Below are positions 56,815 to 64,000 of a DNA stretch of 64,000 bases, one piece after another. This DNA is from a virus (taxonomy: Duplodnaviria > Caudoviricetes). Location: IMG/VR virus record IMGVR_UViG_3300006919_000052, positions 339 through 64,338 of that record. The stretch is one strand, 5' to 3'. How positions within the stretch are numbered: position 1 is the stretch's first letter; every line of letters starts with the position of its first letter. The notes under the pieces were generated by a model, which was given only the letters and a program-made list of their open reading frames with translations, ran no database searches and was not told where the DNA came from. A program made the position numbers and the translations under genes.

Positions 56815-58526
56815 GTTTAACAAGTTACTTAACAGAAGGATTATTACCTGAAGAGGAAAAAAAACAAACTACAGCAGTATATGCTGGCGGTTTTAAACCT
56901 CCTACTGCTGGACATTTTGAAGTAGTTGAAGAGGCATTAAAACAAAATCCTGAAATAGATGAATTTATTATCTTTATAGGTACTAAAGAAAGAAATGGAA
57001 TATCTCAGGATGAGTCTTTATTAATTTGGGAAGTATACAATAATTATCTCCCATTTAAAGTTAAATTAGAACCAACATCTATACCACCTGTTAAAGCAGT
57101 ATATGATTTTGCTAAAAATCACCCAACAAGAGAAGTATTATGGATTATAGGTGCTAGAGAAGGTAATGATGAAGATTTTAAAGATATTTCTGCTAGAACA
57201 ACTTCTATTTCTAAATATCCAAATTTAGAACTTCGTACTATTATAACACAAGGTGGAGTTTCAGGTACTGCTGCTAGAAATGCTTCTAAAGTATCATTAG
57301 AAAAATTTATACCTTTTCTACCAACAATGCTTAATCCAGAAGAACAAGAAGAAGTATACAATATAGTAGCAGATAAAATATCTGAAAACGATCCTGAAGA
57401 TGGTAAAGCTGCTCCCTATGGTTCAGGATATAAAAAATTAAATGAAAATGCATCTTATTCCCAACATATAGATGTAATGGAAAAAATAGCCCAATTAACT
57501 AATCATATGATTGATAAGGGTATGAATATTGAACCCTTACCTTCAATGGAGTTTGTAGATGGAGATTCAGAAAATGCCAAAGACTTTTTTGGTAAAACAG
57601 CGTATTATGATCCAAATAGACAACATATTGTTTTATACACGGAAGGTAGACATCCTAAAGATATAGTACGTTCGTATGCACATGAAATGATTCATCACAT
57701 ACAGAACTTAGAAGATAGATTAGGAGATATACCTGGTACCGATACAACAAGTTCAGATCATTTAACTAATCTAGAAAAAGAAGCTAATTTAAAGGGTACA
57801 ATGACATTTAGAAATTGGACTGATAGTATATTAAATGAAGCAGTTGTAGGTGATAAAATTGAATGTGATAAATGTGGGTGGAGTTGGAATATAGTAGATG
57901 GTGGTAATGATTTATTTATGTGTCACAAATGTGGACATAATAATGAACCCATAAGTGAAGGTAAGAAAAAAGACCCATTTGGTTTATTAGCATATGCTCA
58001 AGAATTAGGCCGTTTAAGAGAAGATGAAAGCGAATATAAAGTTTATTTAGATATGGACGGAGTATTAGCTGATTTTGACCAACGTTTTAGAGATTTATCT
58101 GGAATGGAACCAAGTGAATTTGAAAATAAATACGGTAGAAAAGCATTTTGGGATTTAATAGATGAAGAACATAAAATTAAATTTTGGGTTGGTATTAAAC
58201 CAATGGATGGTGCATCAGCATTAGTAGATGCTGTTAAAGATTATGATTATGAATTATTAACATCTCCATCAGCAAAAAAACAATCTTATCTAGGAAAAAT
58301 ACTTTGGGTAAAAAATCATACAGGTGACGTGTTTCCTTCAAAACCTCGTATTAACTTTAAGAAAGCAAAAGAAAAACACCTTATTAAACCACAATTAGCA
58401 AAAACAGATATCCTAATAGATGATAGAGAAGATACTATTGGGAGATGGAATGCAGCTGGTGGTACAGGTATAGTATATAAAAGTATAGGTCAAACATTAA
58501 GTGATCTTAAAAAATTAGGTTTATGA
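56811..58526 (+). CDS. multidomain protein: cytidylyltransferase-like, HExxH metallopeptidase-like, Zn ribbon, HAD 5'(3')-deoxynucleotidase-like
   Basis: GGFKPPTAGH...SGTAAR; AHEMIHH..E.EA; CDKC..CHKC; YLDMDGVLADF...ILIDD. Confidence 0.85.
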   Translation: MSLTSYLTEGLLPEEEKKQTTAVYAGGFKPPTAGHFEVVEEALKQNPEIDEFIIFIGTKERNGISQDESLLIWEVYNNYLPFKVKLEPTSIPPVKAVYDFAKNHPTREVLWIIGAREGNDEDFKDISARTTSISKYPNLELRTIITQGGVSGTAARNASKVSLEKFIPFLPTMLNPEEQEEVYNIVADKISENDPEDGKAAPYGSGYKKLNENASYSQHIDVMEKIAQLTNHMIDKGMNIEPLPSMEFVDGDSENAKDFFGKTAYYDPNRQHIVLYTEGRHPKDIVRSYAHEMIHHIQNLEDRLGDIPGTDTTSSDHLTNLEKEANLKGTMTFRNWTDSILNEAVVGDKIECDKCGWSWNIVDGGNDLFMCHKCGHNNEPISEGKKKDPFGLLAYAQELGRLREDESEYKVYLDMDGVLADFDQRFRDLSGMEPSEFENKYGRKAFWDLIDEEHKIKFWVGIKPMDGASALVDAVKDYDYELLTSPSAKKQSYLGKILWVKNHTGDVFPSKPRINFKKAKEKHLIKPQLAKTDILIDDREDTIGRWNAAGGTGIVYKSIGQTLSDLKKLGL

Positions 58527-59095
58527 AAGTAAATGGATTAAAAAGAGAATTTCAAGAAAAAGATGTAGAAAGAATTAGAAATCTTGTTAAAGGTAAACAT
58601 GGAGATAAAACAGGTACTAGTGTAGGATATACTAAACCACAAGAACTCTATGAAGAAGGAGATATATGGGAAAGTGATGGTCGTACTTGGACTATTAAAG
58701 ATGGTATTAAACAAAATATTACAAAATTAGATAAGGCTAAAAAAGCACACGTTATGCCTTTACTTTGCCCTAAATGTAATACAGTAATGAAAAATCGCAA
58801 TGATAAATCTTTTTACAATATACACAAAATGTGTTTTAATTGTGTTGTTGATTTTGAACATAAATTAAAAAAAGAAGGTAAATACGAAGAATACGAACGT
58901 AAAATTAAAAATGATGAATTAGATAATCGTATTAAAGAATTTAAACTTTGGGTAAAAGAAAAATTAAATGAAAGTAATGATGGTTTTGTTTCTGAAGCAG
59001 GTGATGTAGAAAGATGGGTAGGAAAATTAAATCCTGAAAAAGTTGATGATCATTTAAAAGAAGTTGTAGAATATTTGGAATCACTTAAAACTTAA
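58523..59095 (+). CDS. hypothetical protein with CxxC...CxxC Zn finger
   Basis: EGDIWE..GRTWTIKDGIKQN, CPKC, CFNC. Confidence 0.75.
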   Translation: MKVNGLKREFQEKDVERIRNLVKGKHGDKTGTSVGYTKPQELYEEGDIWESDGRTWTIKDGIKQNITKLDKAKKAHVMPLLCPKCNTVMKNRNDKSFYNIHKMCFNCVVDFEHKLKKEGKYEEYERKIKNDELDNRIKEFKLWVKEKLNESNDGFVSEAGDVERWVGKLNPEKVDDHLKEVVEYLESLKT

Positions 59096-59101
59096 TTTTA
59101 T

Positions 59102-59110
59102 ATATTTATA
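59102..59110 (+). promoter_or_regulatory. class II promoter motif ATATTTATA
   Basis: intergenic, upstream of 59127. Confidence 0.65.
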
Positions 59111-59126
59111 ATAAACATATTTTACT

Positions 59127-59858
59127 ATGAAAGATAATTTTGATGTACACTCTTGGAATATAAAAAGATATTTAAATGAGTTAGACATAAATAAACAAGG
59201 AGGAGAAGATGATATAGACCAAGAAGATGTAGCGGGGTCATTAAATGTAACCCATGGGGGTGATGATCCTACTATAGGAGCAGAAGAAGAAGCTGGTGTT
59301 ATAGGTGATAGAGTAGAAGAAAATGAATCATATTTAAATAGTCTTGCATTAAAACTATCATCAAAACACCCAGATTTAGATTTTTATGTTAGAGATGAAC
59401 CTGGTTTTGATAGAATTGATGTAGTAGGATCTGAACGAGATAAATTAATATTTGGCGATGAATTCCATGGTAAAGAATTTGGTGAGTATGAAGTATTCCA
59501 TACAGATGATGATGATAGAGGAGAAATAGTTCGTATTGTTAAATCTGATTCTATAATGAGAAGTAAGAATGAATCCTTACAAGCGGTTGAAGAAACTGTT
59601 AAATTTATAATGGAAGATCTTGAAGGTTATTCTAACTATTTCCCAGATGGTAAAACAAAAGGTTTAACCTCAGATGAAATGTCTACTATCTTAATGCAAA
59701 TTGTTAAAGACATAGAAGAAAACGGAAAACAATTACAAGAAAAACTTTGCAAAAAAGGAGAAGCATATAGAAAAAAAAGAATGGCAGCTGGGGAAAAATC
59801 ATCTGCTTATTTATCAGGTCGTGCTGTAAAAGTATGTAAAGGAGATATGAAAGGATAA
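59127..59858 (+). CDS. acidic late protein with basic C-terminal module (possible internal head protein)
   Basis: acidic body; KLCKKG...SAYLSGRAVKVCKG tail. Confidence 0.7.
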   Translation: MKDNFDVHSWNIKRYLNELDINKQGGEDDIDQEDVAGSLNVTHGGDDPTIGAEEEAGVIGDRVEENESYLNSLALKLSSKHPDLDFYVRDEPGFDRIDVVGSERDKLIFGDEFHGKEFGEYEVFHTDDDDRGEIVRIVKSDSIMRSKNESLQAVEETVKFIMEDLEGYSNYFPDGKTKGLTSDEMSTILMQIVKDIEENGKQLQEKLCKKGEAYRKKRMAAGEKSSAYLSGRAVKVCKGDMKG

Positions 59859-60133
59859 TGACTAAAGAACAATTATCAGAAAGAATACAAGAATCACTCC
59901 GTGATTGGTTTAAAAAAGAAGATTGGGTTAGAATCAATACTTCAGGTAATATTTCTGGTAAGTGTGGTACAATGAAAAAAGGTAAAGCTACAACTAGATG
60001 TTTACCTAAGAAAAAAGCACAATCCTTAACTAAAGCAGAACGTAAAGCTACGGTTGCTAAAAAAGTTAGAGGTGATAAAAAAGGAAAACAATTTGTGAAA
60101 AACACAAAGAAAGCTGAATATAAAAAAAAATAA
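59858..60133 (+). CDS. small basic protein (DUF5872-like)
   Basis: SLRDWFKKEDWV...KCG...RCLPKKKA..LT..ERK...QFV.NT. Confidence 0.65.
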   Translation: MTKEQLSERIQESLRDWFKKEDWVRINTSGNISGKCGTMKKGKATTRCLPKKKAQSLTKAERKATVAKKVRGDKKGKQFVKNTKKAEYKKK

Positions 60134-60137
60134 ACAA

Positions 60138-60824
60138 ATGAAAAAATTATTTACACTATTATTTGCAGTTACTTTATTAATAGGGTGCAAACAAAATCAA
60201 CCAGTAAAAATTCATGAAGGTGCATATGCATTCTGTGGAGCATCAGGAGCAATTCCTACTGGAAATAAAATTATTATACAAGGAGTAGAGTATGATGAAG
60301 GTTGTGCTATTTGTCCTGTATTAGAAGGACAATCAATTGGTAGTTTAGTAATGGAAGGTGTAAGCCCAAGCTGGGGTGAAGTAACTGGTACTAAAGGAAA
60401 ATTTAGTACAAAGAAGTATTTTGAATATCCAGGAAATGATGGCAGTACTGTATGGGATGGAAAATATGTATGGTCTTATTTCTGGTACTTTTCACCAACT
60501 GACACAATTCCTCAATTTAATCCTGATACTAAAAGTTGGGAATGGATGAATCCAAATAACCGAAAGTTTATAATTGATTTAAGTAATCCTGCAACAAGTG
60601 AAAGTAATATGTTTGCTATGCCAGGCGTTATTTTTGATACTACATCAACAGGTATTGTATTAGCTAAAGTTTATGGACCACTTAATGAGGCAGCTGTACC
60701 ATTACGTAAAGCAGTTCCTGTAAAAAATGGACAAACTTCAATAACTGCTGCTAAAGAAGGTTTTCCATACCCTGTAGGAACCCCAGTTTCATTAGTAGAA
60801 TTAAGTAAAGACTTACAAAATTAA
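60138..60824 (+). CDS. putative lipoprotein
   Basis: MKKLFTLLFAVTLLIG-C lipobox. Confidence 0.8.
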   Translation: MKKLFTLLFAVTLLIGCKQNQPVKIHEGAYAFCGASGAIPTGNKIIIQGVEYDEGCAICPVLEGQSIGSLVMEGVSPSWGEVTGTKGKFSTKKYFEYPGNDGSTVWDGKYVWSYFWYFSPTDTIPQFNPDTKSWEWMNPNNRKFIIDLSNPATSESNMFAMPGVIFDTTSTGIVLAKVYGPLNEAAVPLRKAVPVKNGQTSITAAKEGFPYPVGTPVSLVELSKDLQN

Positions 60825-60836
60825 AAAACAATAAAA

Positions 60837-61337
60837 ATGAAAAAATTATTATTATTAATATTATCAATGTTCCTATTTGTAGGATGTAAAAATGGAGTTA
60901 AAAAAGTAGAAAAAGTAGAAACATCACCTGCTAAATTTACTTTAACAGTAATTAATCATACAGATCAAGATATGAAATGGGAACAAAGTTGGGCAATGAC
61001 AGGACCAGATTCTGGAATTGTAGCAGCAGGTGATACTGTTGAATTATCTTCTAATGAAGTTGATTCAGACCATATTAATGTTTACCCAATGCCCCCTAAA
61101 AGTATAGATCAACCAAACCCAGGAAATGGAACTTTTAATATGCAGTATGGTTGGGATGGACATATAGCCCGTGTATATTGCGATAATGTATGTAACAAAG
61201 GTTACCCAACAGCTGATGTACATTATGATGGTACAAATTGGATATACGCAACTGAATGGTTAAAGGATCCATCAGTACAAACTAACACAACAAACACAGT
61301 AACTATAACTACAAAACCTTGGTCTAAAGAAAACTAA
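60837..61337 (+). CDS. putative lipoprotein
   Basis: MKKLLLLILSMFLFVG-C lipobox. Confidence 0.8.
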   Translation: MKKLLLLILSMFLFVGCKNGVKKVEKVETSPAKFTLTVINHTDQDMKWEQSWAMTGPDSGIVAAGDTVELSSNEVDSDHINVYPMPPKSIDQPNPGNGTFNMQYGWDGHIARVYCDNVCNKGYPTADVHYDGTNWIYATEWLKDPSVQTNTTNTVTITTKPWSKEN

Positions 61338-61340
61338 AAT

Positions 61341-62189
61341 ATGAAAAAAATATTATTATTATTGGGGTTATTATTAACAGGATGTTCAACAACATGGCAT
61401 GTAAGTACAACAGGTCACGATCCAATATATGATACAGTTTTAGAAGTACCAGCTAATGTACAAATAGATACATTATCATCTTCACAATTAAGATGGAAAT
61501 TAAGAACTGACTTTAGATTCAGATATGATTTTGCTCAATATGCTTTATCCCAACCTAGATCATTTGATTGGAATAATAGAGTTTTAGGTAATAGATATAA
61601 TGTTTACAACCCATATTATGGATTTGGATATAGTAATTACTGGAGTAGAGACATGATGTGGAATGATTGGGTATGGGGTTATAATTCATATAATATGTGG
61701 TCACCATTTAGATACGATAGATGGGGTTATAATCATTATGGATGGAATAGCTGGGGTTGGAATGGATACTATGGTAATAGCTGGGGTTGGAGACAACAAA
61801 TGAATAATTATGCTTGGCAACATAGAAATAGACCTAATACAGCCTACATTAATGGTAGAAGAGGTTCTAATAATATACAAAGTAGAATTGTTGTTAATAA
61901 TACTAACCGAACAAGAGTTAATGTAAGAGAAGATAAAGTAGATTTATTAGCTAATAAAATACGTAAGAGAGTAAATAATAAGAATATTAGAGTTTATAAT
62001 AACCCAAATAACCCTAATATAAACAATAAATCAAAACCACGAGTTTACGTTAGGCCTAATAATAATAGTAAACCACGAGTTTACGTTAGACCTAATAATA
62101 ATAGTAATAACTCTAGACAAATAGTTAATTCACCTCCAAGATCTAGCAATAATAGTGCGTCAAGGAGTAATATTAGAAGAAAAAATTAA
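61341..62189 (+). CDS. putative lipoprotein with W/Y/G/N-rich and N/R/S-rich low-complexity regions
   Basis: MKKILLLLGLLLTG-C lipobox; YGWNSWGWNGYYG; NNNSKPRVYVRP. Confidence 0.8.
   Translation: MKKILLLLGLLLTGCSTTWHVSTTGHDPIYDTVLEVPANVQIDTLSSSQLRWKLRTDFRFRYDFAQYALSQPRSFDWNNRVLGNRYNVYNPYYGFGYSNYWSRDMMWNDWVWGYNSYNMWSPFRYDRWGYNHYGWNSWGWNGYYGNSWGWRQQMNNYAWQHRNRPNTAYINGRRGSNNIQSRIVVNNTNRTRVNVREDKVDLLANKIRKRVNNKNIRVYNNPNNPNINNKSKPRVYVRPNNNSKPRVYVRPNNNSNNSRQIVNSPPRSSNNSASRSNIRRKN
62034..62105 (+). repeat. 36-bp tandem duplication (KPRVYVRPNNNS x2)
   Basis: 62034-62069 and 62070-62105 differ at one synonymous position. Confidence 0.9.
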
Positions 62190-62197
62190 TATTTATA
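62189..62197 (+). promoter_or_regulatory. class II promoter motif ATATTTATA
   Basis: upstream of 62215. Confidence 0.6.
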
Positions 62198-62214
62198 AAT
62201 AAAAATATATTATA

Positions 62215-63129
62215 ATGAGCGATTTCAATTACCAAAAATACCTAAAAAATAATCCTTTACTTAAAAAAGAAGTAAAAGATACACTACTTACCGAAGCTAA
62301 AGACAAAGAAGTCGAAGAAGTAATGGGGGTAGACAGAAAAGGAAACAAAAAACCTGATACCGATGGAAGCGATGCTTCTAAATTTAAAAGAGCAGCTAAA
62401 GATGTTAAAGAAGTAAGAATTGATCGTGATGTAGCTGAACGTATTGAAGGTTTATTAGATAGATCTATGAAAGCTAAATTTATAGATGCATTTATGGACA
62501 TATACTCAGATTTATTAGAAGAAGATAATTTCTTTCCTGAAGATATAATCAATCACTTAAATAATGAAATGCATGCTGAATTAGCTGGTTATCAAAGACA
62601 AGGTGATAGATTAAATAGTATAGGAGAGGATGCTAGAACGGATGCTGAAGAAGAAGGATATAAAGATGGCATGAAAGACGAAAAAGAAGACATGAAAGAA
62701 GATGCTAGAACAGATGCTGAAGAAGAAGGATATGAAGATGGATTTAAAGATGCTAAATCAGATATGAAAGATGCTATTAGTAAAATGAAAGTATCAGAAC
62801 TTAAAGCAAAAATTAAAGAAGATATTATTTCATTACTTGAAGAAGATAGTTTAGAAGAAGATGCTAGAACAGATGCTGAAGAAGAAGGCTACAAGGACGG
62901 AATGAAAGATGAAAAAGAAGATCTGGAAGGAGAAGATATTGAAATTGATATTGAAGAACCATTAGATGCAGAAACTGCTCAAGGTGGTCTTACTGATGAT
63001 GAAAGAGAAGTTCAAGATGCTCTAAAACTTGCTTATGATAATGCTATTGCAATGGGAGATCAAAAACTAGCTGACCAAATTGGTAATTCAATTACATTCT
63101 TTACTAGGACTCACGTTGTAGAAAGATAA
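62215..63129 (+). CDS. acidic repeat protein (possible scaffold/internal head protein)
   Basis: three EDARTDAEEEGYxDG repeats. Confidence 0.75.
   Translation: MSDFNYQKYLKNNPLLKKEVKDTLLTEAKDKEVEEVMGVDRKGNKKPDTDGSDASKFKRAAKDVKEVRIDRDVAERIEGLLDRSMKAKFIDAFMDIYSDLLEEDNFFPEDIINHLNNEMHAELAGYQRQGDRLNSIGEDARTDAEEEGYKDGMKDEKEDMKEDARTDAEEEGYEDGFKDAKSDMKDAISKMKVSELKAKIKEDIISLLEEDSLEEDARTDAEEEGYKDGMKDEKEDLEGEDIEIDIEEPLDAETAQGGLTDDEREVQDALKLAYDNAIAMGDQKLADQIGNSITFFTRTHVVER
62626..62922 (+). repeat. three copies of the EDARTDAEEEGY(K/E)DG(M/F)KD coding repeat
   Basis: copies start at 62626, 62698 and 62857. Confidence 0.9.
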
Positions 63130-63130
63130 T

Positions 63131-64000
63131 ATGTTAAGCGAACGCAAACTCACTGAAAATGAACTGGAGCAAAGGAAAATCGCTCTCAAGGGTTTGTTAA
63201 AAAACAAACGTGCTTTAGTTCAAAAGTATGGTAAGGATGCCGAAACAGTTATGTATGGAATAGCTACCAAACAGGCAAAGAAAAAAATTGAAAATATGAA
63301 TTTGGACAAATTAAAAGAAATGATCCAGGATGCCCTTATTGTTAAGGAAGCATCCCCTTTTGTACTAGCAGCAGACGCAGCAAAAGATGCGGGTAAAAAA
63401 GAATTTGAGTTTCCTAAAGGTAGTGGTAAAATGCATCCTGTAACTATCAAAAAAGATATTGAAGAAGATTATTTAGATGTAGATGATACAAAAAATAATG
63501 ATACTGGTTTTTCTGGCCGAGCAGATTATGGTGAAGAAGATAAAGCACTAGGTCAAGAAGATGAGCTAGAAATGAAAGGTTTAGAAGAAGATAAGGAGCT
63601 AGAGGATTGGAATAGTGAATTTGGTGATGATGCAGAATCTCAAGATAGAATAGATAATGAAGATTACCCAGGAAAAATAAAAGAAGGTCATGGTTTAGAC
63701 CAAGGTGATATTGATCTTATACAAAGATTTGTTGATGGTGATGATATGAATTATGTCACAGATATAATGCCATTAAAAAAAGTCCTTCAATTCATAATTA
63801 AATCTAATATACTACAAGATAAAACAAAAGATTTATCTAAAGGTAAAGTAGACGAAAGAGTTACTTTTGATGATGTGTTAGATTTAAGAGCTGATAAAGC
63901 AGATTTAGAAGATAGAATTTCACAACTATATAGAGATATGGAGCAGGAAGCTGAACCAGAAGGTGGTGAAGTAGCTGATAGATATGGTAATGAATTAGAA
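63131..64000 (+). CDS. acidic late protein, truncated by the window end
   Basis: MLSERKLTENELEQRK...KYGKDAETVMYGIATK; open to 64000, so missing from the ORF track. Confidence 0.8.
   Translation, partial: MLSERKLTENELEQRKIALKGLLKNKRALVQKYGKDAETVMYGIATKQAKKKIENMNLDKLKEMIQDALIVKEASPFVLAADAAKDAGKKEFEFPKGSGKMHPVTIKKDIEEDYLDVDDTKNNDTGFSGRADYGEEDKALGQEDELEMKGLEEDKELEDWNSEFGDDAESQDRIDNEDYPGKIKEGHGLDQGDIDLIQRFVDGDDMNYVTDIMPLKKVLQFIIKSNILQDKTKDLSKGKVDERVTFDDVLDLRADKADLEDRISQLYRDMEQEAEPEGGEVADRYGNELE

Noticed and set aside
3087-63450. Other short antisense or nested ORFs in the track (e.g. 3087, 3262, 5807, 6590, 8030, 9512, 17727, 22064, 24439, 36062, 36449, 36686, 43284, 48363, 51168, 51564, 52153, 52845, 55360, 55548, 55902, 57119, 59704, 62229, 63220)
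   Set aside because: They overlap well-supported genes on the other strand or frame and show no motifs or leaders.
1-64000. Stop-codon reassignment
   Set aside because: Genes are intact and densely packed under code 11, and TAA, TAG and TGA all end coupled genes.

Overview
A 64 kb, strongly AT-rich fragment of a large contractile-tailed (myovirus-like) dsDNA phage, almost all coded on the + strand. A Bacteroidota/Flavobacteriia host is inferred from A-rich leaders without Shine-Dalgarno sites, promoter architecture and lipoprotein style. Layout: (1) 1-8.7 kb small accessory ORFs, a radical SAM enzyme, a GT2, an unusual non-coding segment near 7.0-7.9 kb and mgsA; (2) 8.8-13.7 kb a glyco-modification cluster converging on a mucin-stalk gene; (3) 13.8-19 kb early/middle genes ending in a gp55-like sigma factor; (4) 19-42.6 kb baseplate/tail module; (5) 42.6-50.5 kb an operon with two GT60 GlcNAc-transferases, further transferases and a carbamoyltransferase; (6) nuclease, primase, exonuclease; (7) a LamG/fibrinogen lectin cassette; (8) probable head-associated proteins and lipoproteins. 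Main hypothesis: a phage-encoded mucin-type O-glycosylation system. One structural paralog appears split into three genes, two fragments carry Ser/Thr/Pro stalks (up to about 735 aa) capped by a repeated two-Cys domain, the structural proteins are enriched in an [S/T]-G-S motif, and the GT60 operon lies directly downstream. Two promoter classes are visible: YTTGG-N17-CGTATATT and ATATTTATA. No tRNA, rRNA, CRISPR array or integrase was seen. All family calls come from motif recognition by eye, not database searches.
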